From: Obrimoposthia wandeli
Lineage: Eukaryota
DNA length: 64,000 bases
Assembly (NCBI GenBank): GCA_977020255.1
Contig: CDROCS010005562.1
Coordinates: 1 to 64,000 of the forward strand
Direction: 5' to 3'
Part shown: piece after piece, positions 28,998 through 39,978 of the stretch
Layout: each line of letters starts with the position of its first letter
Numbering within the stretch: the first letter of the stretch is position 1
Notes under the pieces: model-generated
Told to the model about the DNA's origin: nothing
The model's input: the letters and a program-made list of their open reading frames with translations, nothing else
Databases searched by the model: none
Position numbers and translations under genes: made by a program

Positions 28998-29447
28998 TTA
29001 TGACAATAAATACGGGCTGATAAACGTCCCCACTTCGTCATGACAAACGCCAATATCTACATCAATACCGGCATCGGTTAATACCTTAATCCCTTTACCA
29101 CTGTTACGCGGATCAGGATCAAGTATTGCTACAACTACACGTTTTATATTACGACCGACGAGGCTGTGCGCGCAAGATGGTGTGCGTCCCACAAATGAAC
29201 AAGGCTCTAACGTCACATAAGCGGTAATATCATTGAGAGCACCGTCATCGATTAAGTTAACATAGCGTGCAATAGCTTGTGCTTCAGCATGGTGTTGACC
29301 AGGTACTTGCGTATAACCTTCACTGACGATGGTATTATCTTTGACTAAAACACAGCCAACGGGTGGATTTGGTCGACAGTTTGGTAACGCTAATTTAGAA
29401 AGTGCTAATGCACGAAGCATAAACTGTTCATCATTCAATAAATCCAA
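28998..29447 (-). CDS. Stand-alone RibD-type cytidine/deoxycytidylate deaminase domain
   Basis: PNPPVGCVLV, HAE, TLEPCS...TPSC Zn motif, DPDPRNSGKG; no reductase domain. Confidence 0.85.
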   Translation of the reverse strand: MDLLNDEQFMLRALALSKLALPNCRPNPPVGCVLVKDNTIVSEGYTQVPGQHHAEAQAIARYVNLIDDGALNDITAYVTLEPCSFVGRTPSCAHSLVGRNIKRVVVAILDPDPRNSGKGIKVLTDAGIDVDIGVCHDEVGTFISPYLLS

Positions 29448-29516
29448 AACTTATCCTTATCGAGTCCTTAATATTTATGATTAAGGACTCACACTTATTA
29501 TCCGAATTCAGGCTTT

Positions 29517-30455
29517 TTAAATATGTGGGACAATTTTAGATATTTTAGACAAATAATCAAGCCCACTGGTGATCGCAATGACCTGCGCTTGAATACAGTT
29601 TTCGGCATCAACTAACGGGCTATCTGGGTATACTTCCGTTGTAGTACCATAGATGCAGTCACTAAAACCAGAGCATAAACCCAGTGCTTTCGTGGCATAG
29701 TTAATCACGCCAAACTGAGCAAGTTCTTCACCAATAATACGGCCGCTATCATCCGCAGGGGCGATATGAGTCACTTCACGCACGGCATTAATAATATGTG
29801 TTTGGAATTCGGTATTCGGCTTAAGCGTATCGCCGACTAAATAAAATCCATCAGGAATATCCCAGTTATCATGCACAACTGCATCACGAGCTGCTAATGC
29901 AGGTCTGAACTCACTATTATCTGTGTCTGTCGTTTCGTGTAAATCAATATGCGCTGTGATCGTCACATTCAGGTCTGCAATACATTGCATTAATGCTGCC
30001 GATTCTTCTGCGGGGCTGTTTTTAACGAAAGATCTATTTGGATCAATCGCATTTGGGTTCCAGCGATTAATCGTTTCATAACCCCAAGGACTGACACAAG
30101 GCGCAACAATAATATTAAATGCTGAACTGTACTTTAGTGCTTGGGTTTCTATAAACCGAATAGCGCCTTGGACACCACTGGTTTCATAACCGTGTACGCC
30201 GCCCGTCACTAGAATAGTCGGATTAGCATTATTCCAATTTCTTGTTTTAACGACAAATAACGGGAAACGAGCGGGATCATAAGACAAGGCACCATACTGC
30301 TCAATATCAAAATATTGCTGTAGCGGTGTGAACTTAGCCAGTACTTCTTGCTGATAAGTACGTACCACAGTTTGCTTGGCTAACCAGGCGGCTTTATCTT
30401 CCGCTGTCCATTTTTGACCTGAAGTGCCAATTGCATATGCTTGTTGATGTTCCAT
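29517..30455 (-). CDS. M14 family metallocarboxypeptidase (succinylglutamate desuccinylase/aspartoacylase-like)
   Basis: GGVHGYE (HxxE), DPNRSF, IDLHET. Confidence 0.88.
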   Translation of the reverse strand: MEHQQAYAIGTSGQKWTAEDKAAWLAKQTVVRTYQQEVLAKFTPLQQYFDIEQYGALSYDPARFPLFVVKTRNWNNANPTILVTGGVHGYETSGVQGAIRFIETQALKYSSAFNIIVAPCVSPWGYETINRWNPNAIDPNRSFVKNSPAEESAALMQCIADLNVTITAHIDLHETTDTDNSEFRPALAARDAVVHDNWDIPDGFYLVGDTLKPNTEFQTHIINAVREVTHIAPADDSGRIIGEELAQFGVINYATKALGLCSGFSDCIYGTTTEVYPDSPLVDAENCIQAQVIAITSGLDYLSKISKIVPHI

Positions 30456-30541
30456 CTAATAACCGCCCTTGAGATAATAATGTTTATTTTCACATTATGC
30501 GTTATTAGGATACAAATTCAAATAATTGTCTTATTAAAAAA

Positions 30542-30571
30542 AATGCCTACTAGCAGAAGCGAGTAGGCATT
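30542..30571 (-). terminator. Intrinsic terminator of the lipoprotein gene
   Basis: AATGCCTACT-N10-AGTAGGCATT stem with an A-run on the plus side. Confidence 0.7.
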
Positions 30572-30596
30572 ATTGACACATTAATCGTTTACTTAT

Positions 30597-32411
30597 TTAT
30601 TCTTCATCAGGTACTCTCAAGACACTACTCCATATATCACCGAGATCTTCATCATCCAGTCCTTGTAATTCGGTACTCCGAGTAAATACTTTGACACTAA
30701 AATCTATGCCGTTGGTCTCTACAATGGCAAGATAATCATGTGCAGTCTGAGGATCACCATTTTCATCGATGTAATTCAACACAACTTTAATAATACCGTC
30801 TTTAATCATACCGTCTTTATGGATTGTCCAAGTTGTATCGACGCTAATATCACCCGCGCCTTCGCTATATGTGAATGTCCCTGTACCGTCAGAATTCAAT
30901 TGGTATGTATCAACGTCATCAGCTGGGCTTAACGCATCGCCTGTCGTCAATGTAATACCGTCGTCAATAAAACCTGTACTGAAATCAGTAAATAATTTAC
31001 CGCTCTGACAAGAGCCTATAGCAAGTTCAAAATCCTCGTAAGTGCGATAGTTCAACGGTAAGTTATTTACATCATCCCAGCCTGAATCCTGGTCTTCACA
31101 TGCGAGGATAGCCACGGAAGCATCAAAATCAGTGAAATCCCAATCGTACATAGACTGACTGCCATTGGCATATATACCAAATGCTAAATTGCCATCGGTA
31201 TCATCGATAAGACGCATGAGGTATTCAAGTGTCGGGCCACTTCCGTAATAGAGTGCTAAATTTCCGTCATTATCAATTTCCCATGTACGATTATATTGAA
31301 TACCGTTCTGGTAAAAATCTGCGGTACCATCACTATTAAAGACATAAGAACGTGTTTGGCCGGATCCTGCGATGATACGTACAATCGAGTTATCGGATAG
31401 ATCCATTTCAGGTAATCTCTGACAAGCGTCAATCTGGGTATTAAAATCTGCGATAGATACATCCGCCGTATAACTTACGACACACTCATCAAATTCACCT
31501 ACCAGAGGATCAAGTGGATCGGCATCCATACTGTCTTCAACGCCATCTCCATCGTCATCGGTATCTTCATTGTTACCGATAGTGTCTCCGTCAGTGTCTA
31601 ACCACTCATCGGCGTTATTAGGTAATGCATCAAACGCATTTGGTACGCCATCCGCATCGTTATCCGTATCTAAATCACCTTCACTATCAAACACCGCGGT
31701 TGATATATCAAAGGTATCTTCAGCCATTGTTTGTTTGATCATGCCGCTGACTGCTGCGGTCTGCTTATTAAACGTGGCATCATCCGAGCCATCGGCAATA
31801 GCAAGGGCAAATTCACTCTCGCTATCTGGGAGTATTTTCGAAATAACAATATTTTCTGCCACGTAGGCTGTATTTACACTGCTATTTTCGATGAAATCAC
31901 TTAAAACATCCCCTTCAGGAATACCAACGTTATTTGCAACTTTAGCTATCGCAGCTTCTTTCACCATCGCGAGTGCTTCAGGTGTTTCAGTGCCATCGGT
32001 ATTTTGTTCAATCAAAATATGAACCAATGTCGACAGGGGTGTAATTTCAGCCTCTCCAGGAGGTGCAGACATTATATAATCGCTAGCGACAGCACCCCTA
32101 TCTTCATCAATCGTTTGGCCAAAAATGATTTTTGCGTATGTAGAATACTGTTCTGGGTTCGCAATATTAGTGACGTCTAATTCAGCAACACCACCAGCAC
32201 CAGATAATGCCATTGGCTCATTGAGATCAAGTTGCTTATTACCATCAACATCCAGCCAAACTTGAGCATTTTGTAAATACCCATCAATGACTTTTACACT
32301 ATAAGAAACGGGGACGACCGCAGGCGCTGCAGCATCATCACTTCCACCACAACCAATCAGCGTTATTGAACTAGATAGTCCGAGGGCTACGACTAATAGT
32401 TTTTTCTTCAT
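30597..32411 (-). CDS. Large acidic lipoprotein with thrombospondin type-3-like Ca-binding repeats
   Basis: Lipobox LIGC-GGSDD, VKVIDGYLQNAQVWLD, repeated DxDxDG motifs, two similar C-terminal modules. Confidence 0.8.
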   Translation of the reverse strand: MKKKLLVVALGLSSSITLIGCGGSDDAAAPAVVPVSYSVKVIDGYLQNAQVWLDVDGNKQLDLNEPMALSGAGGVAELDVTNIANPEQYSTYAKIIFGQTIDEDRGAVASDYIMSAPPGEAEITPLSTLVHILIEQNTDGTETPEALAMVKEAAIAKVANNVGIPEGDVLSDFIENSSVNTAYVAENIVISKILPDSESEFALAIADGSDDATFNKQTAAVSGMIKQTMAEDTFDISTAVFDSEGDLDTDNDADGVPNAFDALPNNADEWLDTDGDTIGNNEDTDDDGDGVEDSMDADPLDPLVGEFDECVVSYTADVSIADFNTQIDACQRLPEMDLSDNSIVRIIAGSGQTRSYVFNSDGTADFYQNGIQYNRTWEIDNDGNLALYYGSGPTLEYLMRLIDDTDGNLAFGIYANGSQSMYDWDFTDFDASVAILACEDQDSGWDDVNNLPLNYRTYEDFELAIGSCQSGKLFTDFSTGFIDDGITLTTGDALSPADDVDTYQLNSDGTGTFTYSEGAGDISVDTTWTIHKDGMIKDGIIKVVLNYIDENGDPQTAHDYLAIVETNGIDFSVKVFTRSTELQGLDDEDLGDIWSSVLRVPDEE

Positions 32412-32611
32412 GTTTTTATCCTTAACACTTCAATAATAAGAGTCAAATACAAACAAGAAGATGGTAAATACGTACAATATAAAAGCATACCATCAACACA
32501 TCCTAACTATACTAGACATCGAACTAGCTCCTCGCACAATGTATTGACGATGCCTACGGATAATAAGCAGCACTTTGTGTTACATGAAGGTTAATTAAAA
32601 TGTTAATGTAA

Positions 32612-32627
32612 TGTGATCTTTGTCATA
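32612..32627. promoter_or_regulatory. CRP-like box
   Basis: TGTGA-N6-TCATA upstream of the lipoprotein gene. Confidence 0.35.
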
Positions 32628-32703
32628 TTTGTTATATTTAACAACATCAAACTTGGAAGGGATAAAATACAGAAGTCAGTGCTAAATAGGCTAAAAAAAA
32701 CTT

Positions 32704-32731
32704 AAAAAAAACCCGCAATCAAAGCGGGTTT
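32704..32731 (-). terminator. Intrinsic terminator of ackA
   Basis: AAACCCGC-N7-GCGGGTTT followed by a U-run on the minus strand. Confidence 0.8.
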
Positions 32732-32760
32732 CATTATTATTTAAATTTAAAAATGATTTA

Positions 32761-33948
32761 TTACAGTAATTCTACTGACTGCTGAGCAATAACAAATTCT
32801 TCATTGGTTGGGATAACCATCACTGCAGGCGTACCGACTTCAGTGATAAGTCCACCAGTACCAAATCGCGCTTTTTCATTCGCTTTTAGATCTTCTTTGT
32901 AGCCAAAGATCTTCAAATAAGCCAGTACTTCACTACGAATTGGTAATGCATTTTCACCAATACCACCGGTAAAGATAATACCGTCAAGCGATTCGAGCGA
33001 TACCATGTATGAAGCAATGTATTTAGCAACGCGATATGTGAATACTTGGAATGCTAATGTAGCGCCTTTATGGCCCTGCTCCATTGCGTCGATAATACCA
33101 CGGCAGTCACTGGTTAAACCTGATACGCCCATAAAGCCTGAATTAGTATTCAGCTCTTTAAACACTTCATCTTGTGACCAACCTTTTTTAAGCAAGAACT
33201 CAATGATACTTGGATCTAGATCACCACAGCGTGTGCCCATCATCAGCCCTGCTAATGGTGTAAAGCCCATGCTTGTATCAACACTTTGGCCATCACGAAT
33301 CGCGCATACAGACGCACCGTTACCTAAATGCACAGAAATGAAGCTGCTTTCTTCAATCGGTTTATTAATCATCTTAGCGGCTTCACGGCTCACGAAATAA
33401 TGGCTTGTACCATGGAAACCATAACGACGAATACCATAGTCTTTGTAAAGCTTGTGAGAAATTGCACCGGTAAATGCTTTTGCTGGCATCGTTTGGTGGA
33501 ATGCTGTATCAAATACTGCAAATTGAGGTAATGCAGGGAAGGCATGCATTGCCGCTTCAATACCTTTGGCAGCTGCAGGGTTATGCAATGGCGCAAGGTC
33601 TGACAGGTTACGAATTTCGTTTAATACAGATTCATCAATTCTTACTGTACTAGTAAATTTCTCGCCACCGTGCACAACACGATGACCAACAGCCACAATC
33701 TGTGACGTAAAACCGAGGCTTTCAATTAGTACAACGATACGTTTAATCGCCAGCTCATGGTGATTACCTTCCGCTGCGATTGCTTCTTCAGATTTTTGCC
33801 CTTCATATTTCCAGCTAACAGCCGCTTCAGGAAGGCCAAAACACTCTCCTAATCCATTAAGAACAGTATCCCCGGTATTTGAATCGATAAGTGCGAATTT
33901 TAACGATGAGCTACCAGAGTTGATCACGAGTACAAATGAGTTAGACAT
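32761..33948 (-). CDS. ackA: Acetate kinase
   Basis: VINSGSSSLK, GHRVVHGG, FDTAFHQT, RRYGFHGTSH, FTGGIGEN, IPTNEE. Confidence 0.97.
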   Translation of the reverse strand: MSNSFVLVINSGSSSLKFALIDSNTGDTVLNGLGECFGLPEAAVSWKYEGQKSEEAIAAEGNHHELAIKRIVVLIESLGFTSQIVAVGHRVVHGGEKFTSTVRIDESVLNEIRNLSDLAPLHNPAAAKGIEAAMHAFPALPQFAVFDTAFHQTMPAKAFTGAISHKLYKDYGIRRYGFHGTSHYFVSREAAKMINKPIEESSFISVHLGNGASVCAIRDGQSVDTSMGFTPLAGLMMGTRCGDLDPSIIEFLLKKGWSQDEVFKELNTNSGFMGVSGLTSDCRGIIDAMEQGHKGATLAFQVFTYRVAKYIASYMVSLESLDGIIFTGGIGENALPIRSEVLAYLKIFGYKEDLKANEKARFGTGGLITEVGTPAVMVIPTNEEFVIAQQSVELL

Positions 33949-33978
33949 GTGAGTATTGTTCCTGTTTCAGAGTATTGT

Positions 33979-33994
33979 TGTGACTTGAGTCACT
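33979..33994. promoter_or_regulatory. CRP-like box upstream of ackA
   Basis: TGTGA-cttgag-TCACT about 30 bp before the start codon. Confidence 0.35.
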
Positions 33995-34449
33995 TATCAT
34001 GTGCCCCTATTATTCAACATTTTTTGAATAATTCAACTTTATTTTCACTTCAATGCATTAACAACTGCATTTGCGTTGATCTGAAGCAGTTATCAATATG
34101 CTTTTTGACGATATAAAATAAAATTATAACGCAAAAAATATTAAATCACTTTGACATAACACAACCTCCCGATACATTCCCCCTATCCTAACTTGATTCT
34201 AAAGTGACCGTTATGCCAATAAATGCAAAAAGTAACGCAACCATCACTTAAATAGTACCGTTTAATAAATTACAGCCACTTATATGCCAAAAAGTAATAT
34301 CTAATGAATTTTAATTCTTTTGACCAAGACATACACCAGTGTAATCTGCTGAAATATTCATAAATCATTGTTATTAAATAGCTTAAAAACACTGCACAAG
34401 GTCGTGCTATCAAGTTGTTTAGGCTATAACCATCCCACAGGAATTGATC

Positions 34450-35829
34450 ATGTCATTAGTAGTTATCGCTAACTTAGCGGTGTTTGGTATTCTCATTTAT
34501 TTATTAAATACCCAACAACGTAAGGGCCATACCCTTTCACGCCTGGTTTTATTAGGCCTTGTTTCAGGTAGCATATTTGGCTTACTGCTACAACTCGGTT
34601 ACGGCGAAGGCAGTAGCACTATTGCAGAAACCCTTGCTTGGGTAGATATCGTCGGTAAAGGCTACGTGGGCTTATTGAAAATGGTGATCATGCCATTAGT
34701 ATTAGTATCGATGATCTCTGCCGTGGTGAAATTAGAGCGTTCAGGTTCACTTGGTAAAATCAGTGGTTTAACCATTGGTGTATTATTGTTTACCACGATG
34801 ATTTCGGCACTTATTGGTATTGGTATCGCCCAGCTATTTGGCTTATCAGCTGAAGGTCTAACCGAAGGCGCGCGTGAAGTTGCTCGTGTAACCGTTATCG
34901 AATCACGTGCAGGGCAAGTAAGCGATTTAAGTATTCCACAAATGTTAGTGAGCTTCATTCCTACGAACCCGTTTGCTGACTTAACAGGGTCGCGTTCAAC
35001 TTCGATTATTGCGGTTGTTATTTTCGGTATTTTAGTCGGTATTGCAGCACTAAAAGTAAGTGCAGAAAATGCGGAACTAGCAAAACCTATTAATACCTTT
35101 GTGGATGTATCACAAGCCATCGTAATGCGTTTAGTGAAAATGATCATGGCGATCACCCCTTACGGCATCTTAGCGTTAATGATGAAAGTTGTAGCGACAT
35201 CAAGTGCCGGTGATATTCTTAATTTGCTCGGTTTCATCGTGGCATCTTATGTGGCGATCTTACTGATGTTTGTGGTTCACGGTATCTTGGTATCATTTGT
35301 TGGTGTTAAACCAACTGAATTCTTCAAGAAGATCTGGCCAGTACTGACATTTGCATTTAGCTCTCGCAGCAGCGCAGCAAGTATTCCATTGAACGTTGAA
35401 GCACAAATAAACGAGCTGAACGTGCCACCAGCGATTGCTAATCTTTCAGCTTCATTTGGTGCAACGATTGGTCAAAATGGTTGTGCGGGTATTTATCCTG
35501 CGATGTTAGCGGTAATGGTTGCGCCAAGTGTGGGTATTGACCCAATGGAGTTTAGTTTCATCTTATCGCTAGTGGCCATTATTATTGTCAGTTCATTTGG
35601 TATTGCTGGTGTCGGTGGCGGTGCAACATTCGCGGCGCTTATCGTGTTACCAGCAATGGGCTTGCCTATCGCGATTGCAGCCCTGCTTATTTCGATTGAA
35701 CCATTAATTGACATGGCGCGTACCGCACTGAATGTGAGTGGTTCAATGACAGCGGGGACGATCACGAGTCGCTTGTTAAAGTCAAAAGATGAATCAGTAG
35801 ACAGCCAAGCAGAACAAACAACGGCTTAA
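34450..35829 (+). CDS. tcyP: L-cystine transporter (DAACS family)
   Basis: FAFSSRSSAASIPLN, GATIGQNGCAGIYPAM, GIAGVGGGATFAA. Confidence 0.92.
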   Translation: MSLVVIANLAVFGILIYLLNTQQRKGHTLSRLVLLGLVSGSIFGLLLQLGYGEGSSTIAETLAWVDIVGKGYVGLLKMVIMPLVLVSMISAVVKLERSGSLGKISGLTIGVLLFTTMISALIGIGIAQLFGLSAEGLTEGAREVARVTVIESRAGQVSDLSIPQMLVSFIPTNPFADLTGSRSTSIIAVVIFGILVGIAALKVSAENAELAKPINTFVDVSQAIVMRLVKMIMAITPYGILALMMKVVATSSAGDILNLLGFIVASYVAILLMFVVHGILVSFVGVKPTEFFKKIWPVLTFAFSSRSSAASIPLNVEAQINELNVPPAIANLSASFGATIGQNGCAGIYPAMLAVMVAPSVGIDPMEFSFILSLVAIIIVSSFGIAGVGGGATFAALIVLPAMGLPIAIAALLISIEPLIDMARTALNVSGSMTAGTITSRLLKSKDESVDSQAEQTTA

Positions 35830-35844
35830 TCTATACCTTTATAA

Positions 35845-35906
35845 ATACAAAATGCCGATTAATAAGTGATAGCAACTCATCACTGCTAATAGGCATTTTT
35901 GTATTC
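35845..35906. terminator. Bidirectional terminator
   Basis: ATACAAAATGCC...GGCATTTTTGTAT long imperfect stem between convergent genes. Confidence 0.6.
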
Positions 35907-35933
35907 TAAACTTTTATTTATGCATGCATGCAC

Positions 35934-37790
35934 TTATAAAATGTATTGACGCGTAAAGTCATCAACATGTACCGGTCTACCAAAATGATAACCTTGATAA
36001 ATATGCCCACCCGCGTTTTCAATAAAGTTGGCTTGGATTTTATTTTCGATGCCTTCTGCCACCACTTTAAGATCAAACGCATTAGCCATTGATATAATCG
36101 CAGTCACCAAATGCTGATTAACCGACGATGTTTCAAGGTTAGCAATGAAACTACGGTCAATTTTCACTGTACTAAACGGGAAACGATGAATGTAGCTCAA
36201 CGAAGAATAACCCGTACCAAAGTCATCTAAGGCAATTCTGATCCCCAATGCATCAATGCGTCTTAATACTTGTAAGACCCCATCTTGATTACCTAAAAAT
36301 ACATTTTCAGTGATTTCAATTTCCAGCGATGTCGCTTTGACGTTATGGGTTTCTAGTAAGGCTTCAATCGTATCCACTAGCATTGGTTCGGCAAGTTGCA
36401 ATGGTGAGATATTCACCGCGACAAAGAAATCATCGTTACCAGATACCTGCCAACTAGCAAGTTGTTTAACCGCGCTGCGCAACACAAAATAACCAATTTC
36501 AATCATCATCCCCGACTCTTCAGCAACTGGAATGAATTTATCAGGTCCGACAAAGCCTAATAGCGGATTGTGCCAGCGTAATAATGCTTCAGCACCAATT
36601 AACTTTTCATTCGCCACATCAAATAATGGCTGGTAATGCAAGCTTAGTTCCTTGTTAGGCAATGCATGCATTAATTGTGATTCAAGCTGGAATCGATCCA
36701 TCAGTTCGGCTTTTAACGAGGCATCATAGATCTGATAATCACGATTATGCAATTGACATTCAGAGGCCGAAACACTGGTATTGTGCATCAATTCCAAGAA
36801 ATCTGTACCATGTTCCGGGTAAAGAGAGATACCCATACAACGAGTCAACTTAACTCTCTGACCAGAAAACGACACCGTTTCATTAAGCCCTGAAATCAAA
36901 TCATTAATGATAACCATTAATTCATTGCTTAAATCATCATTGCGTTGTTGATAAACAATGGCAAAATCATCATCAGACAACAAAGCCAAATAAGTATCCA
37001 CTGGACATAATTGTCTTAATTTATCAGCAATATAACAGGTTATTTTTTGCGAATACTCTAGCCCTAAATTATTACGAATTTGAGTCAAATTAGTGATGCG
37101 TATATGTATTAACGCGGCATTTTTATCACTGGTAATAATATTTGCATTAAACTGCTTTTCTAATTCATGAATATTTGGAAAACCAGTAAGCTCATGACTG
37201 TATTTTTGATACTCAATAATTTGTTCTGCCGCGGCGTATTTATCTAACGCTTTAGTTAATTGTAAATTAACTTGTTCAAGCTCAGCAGTCCGGTGTTTAA
37301 CTTTCTCTTCTAAAATATATTGTTGATATAAAATAGTCAGGCTATTTTCGACCATATTTTTAAATAATGTTAATAATTGTCGCTCTGAGTCGGTATAGCC
37401 ATTTTCTTTACTGTCTAACATACAAATGGTACCGAACGCTTTACCCGTAGGCCAATTAATCGGTAAACCGCAATAAGAAATCAATCCCAGTTTTGCATCT
37501 GGATTATCACACCAACGTTCAGATTTTAACGCATTATCGACAATAAGCATTTGTTGAGAATCGATCACAGCTTTACACATTAAGTTACCGCTTAACGATT
37601 CGGCATCCCCCACGTGAAAAGGATTTTCTTGATGCTGATTTGTAGCACAAACTTCGATAGTTTCTGGCTGTAATCGCATAATAAGTGATGTTGGTATCTC
37701 GGCAATATCAGCAATATGTTCTATCAATCCTTGCCAATTTTTTAGCATCTCGACCGGTATTTTAAGATTAGTATAACTTTCACTTTCCAT
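35934..37790 (-). CDS. GAF + degenerate GGDEF + EAL c-di-GMP phosphodiesterase
   Basis: GAF (SYCGLPI...FGTICMLD); GGDEF replaced by SDDDF; intact EAL and DDFGTGYSSL. Confidence 0.9.
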   Translation of the reverse strand: MESESYTNLKIPVEMLKNWQGLIEHIADIAEIPTSLIMRLQPETIEVCATNQHQENPFHVGDAESLSGNLMCKAVIDSQQMLIVDNALKSERWCDNPDAKLGLISYCGLPINWPTGKAFGTICMLDSKENGYTDSERQLLTLFKNMVENSLTILYQQYILEEKVKHRTAELEQVNLQLTKALDKYAAAEQIIEYQKYSHELTGFPNIHELEKQFNANIITSDKNAALIHIRITNLTQIRNNLGLEYSQKITCYIADKLRQLCPVDTYLALLSDDDFAIVYQQRNDDLSNELMVIINDLISGLNETVSFSGQRVKLTRCMGISLYPEHGTDFLELMHNTSVSASECQLHNRDYQIYDASLKAELMDRFQLESQLMHALPNKELSLHYQPLFDVANEKLIGAEALLRWHNPLLGFVGPDKFIPVAEESGMMIEIGYFVLRSAVKQLASWQVSGNDDFFVAVNISPLQLAEPMLVDTIEALLETHNVKATSLEIEITENVFLGNQDGVLQVLRRIDALGIRIALDDFGTGYSSLSYIHRFPFSTVKIDRSFIANLETSSVNQHLVTAIISMANAFDLKVVAEGIENKIQANFIENAGGHIYQGYHFGRPVHVDDFTRQYIL

Positions 37791-38100
37791 GTTCCATCGA
37801 CTCTTTCAATATCAACTAAATAATACAGTTCACTGTTAGTCTTAACTTTATAAGCTAATTAACAATAAATTTGAAGTGTTTAACACATAATGCATCAAAT
37901 AAATTCCCGATATAGTGCTTACATCATAGTTAAGCTAACTAACCACATTGTTTTTATACTAACTTAATATTTTATATGACCTTGTTAGCGTATCTTTTTT
38001 TATGTACATAATTAAATCACACTAAAAAATGACAGGCGAATAACGAAAGGAGTATAAATATACCATACTGTAATTAACAACCTAAAAAGGATTAAATACG

Positions 38101-39831
38101 ATGAAACGGACTTTAATTGCAGGCGCTTTAATTACCACCATCGCGACGGCTGGATATCTATTCACACAAAAAAAATCATCAAATGAACACGCCATATTAG
38201 ATTACATTCCAGCAGATACAGCCTTGTTTTCTGGTCAATTGACCCCCTTTCCGATCAGAACTTACATTAATTCGATAAGTTACAATTATAGCCAATCTCC
38301 TGATGAACTTATTACATCGTTATACGAAAGTGAGAGTTATGATCCAGCTGATACCAAGGTCAATTTTTTCATAAAATTAACCCAAATTTACCTAGAAAGC
38401 ATGGAAAATGTAGATACATTCATGACGACATTTGGTCTAGCAGACGAGGTACAGGCTTACTTTTACACCTTAGGTATGATCCCTGTATTCAAAATGGATG
38501 TGATCGACCCTGATGCGATATGGGCATTATTAGATAAGGCGGAAGTCGAAAGTGGATTTAGCCATGAACAAGGTCAAATAAAACAACGTGATTATCGCGC
38601 TTATAAACTCACGGACGACGCCGAGCAAGAACAGCTAACGTTAATTATCAGTCAACACAATAATATCTTAACCGTCACGTTTAATAGCAGTTTAAACGCC
38701 CCCTTATTACTCGAAAATGCACTGGGAATAACGCCGGTAGAAAACGGGTTAGCAAACTCAACCCTTGTCGATGATATTATTAGCAAACACGATTTTACCA
38801 ACGATGCGATCAGCTATATAAATCACCAAGCAATCGTTAAAGCGATTACCTCACCTGACGAAAGTTTACTTGGCCAGCATATTGCGAAGCTAATGGCATT
38901 ACAGGATCAAGATCACCTACAAATATACCAGCAACCAGCATGTAAAAAAGAACTCACGAGTATTGCTAATAACTGGCCACGTACGGTATTTGGGTTTAAT
39001 CAATTTGATATTAACGACGATAATACAACACTCGATATGTCGATGGTGATCGAGAGTGAAAATCAAACCATACTCTCTGCACTCACGCAAATGGTAGGGT
39101 TTATTCCTGAATACGTAAACGATCTAAACAACACCGTTTTAGCCCTGGGTATTGGCATTGATGTCGGTCGTTTATCCCCAGCAATCAGCCGTGTTTGGAA
39201 CGAATTACAACAACCGCCTTATGTCTGCCCACCATTACAGCAGATGCAATCTGCCATTCAACAAAATAATCCTGCGATGCTTGGTGTGATGACGGCAATG
39301 GCCAACGGTATTAAAGGTGTTTCGGCGGCAGTGATTGATTACAGTTTAGATGAAAGTCAAAGTGAAATGGCCATCAAAAGTTTAGATGCCATTATTAGCT
39401 TATCAGCCAGTGATCCAAGAACATTATTTAATATTATTGCGACGTTTAGGCCAGAGCTAGCAGACATCAAATTACCTGCAAACGGTAAAGTAGTGCCACT
39501 ATCAACATTAATGCCATTTCCACCACTACCAGGGATCAATCCCCAAGTCGTGATGCATAAAGAGCATATGGTTATTTTCAATGGCGATAAAGCCGAAAAA
39601 ATCGCCATGGCACTGGGTGATAAACCAATAACAGCCACTGGGATTTACAGCCTATCCATCGATTACAGCAAAGCCTTTACGCCTTTGGTTACCGCAGCAG
39701 AGCTCAGCGGCCAAGAAGTACCACAGGAACTCAAAGATATGCAGGATTATAATTTACGCTTGAACACGGGTTTACAGATAAATGCCAATGGTATTGAGGC
39801 AAGATCTTATATGAATTTGAAATCTAATTGA
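38101..39831 (+). CDS. Hypothetical exported/membrane-anchored protein (576 aa)
   Basis: Long intact ORF, AAAAGGA RBS, N-terminal hydrophobic anchor; no motif recognised. Confidence 0.75.
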   Translation: MKRTLIAGALITTIATAGYLFTQKKSSNEHAILDYIPADTALFSGQLTPFPIRTYINSISYNYSQSPDELITSLYESESYDPADTKVNFFIKLTQIYLESMENVDTFMTTFGLADEVQAYFYTLGMIPVFKMDVIDPDAIWALLDKAEVESGFSHEQGQIKQRDYRAYKLTDDAEQEQLTLIISQHNNILTVTFNSSLNAPLLLENALGITPVENGLANSTLVDDIISKHDFTNDAISYINHQAIVKAITSPDESLLGQHIAKLMALQDQDHLQIYQQPACKKELTSIANNWPRTVFGFNQFDINDDNTTLDMSMVIESENQTILSALTQMVGFIPEYVNDLNNTVLALGIGIDVGRLSPAISRVWNELQQPPYVCPPLQQMQSAIQQNNPAMLGVMTAMANGIKGVSAAVIDYSLDESQSEMAIKSLDAIISLSASDPRTLFNIIATFRPELADIKLPANGKVVPLSTLMPFPPLPGINPQVVMHKEHMVIFNGDKAEKIAMALGDKPITATGIYSLSIDYSKAFTPLVTAAELSGQEVPQELKDMQDYNLRLNTGLQINANGIEARSYMNLKSN

Positions 39832-39978
39832 AGAGGATCACCTCTTTTACCTGCACTCAAAGTGCAACAGAGTTATTGCTGCGATTATTGTTATTAAGGC
39901 TGTTAGATAGCGCCTATCGACAATTATATCTCAAGATCAACATGTAGTGGTCACTAATTTTGACCACTATTTTGTATG

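Noticed and set aside
32590-32606. ArcA box GTTAATTAAAATGTTA
   Set aside because: GTTA spacing is one base longer than the consensus I recall; expected by chance in AT-rich DNA.
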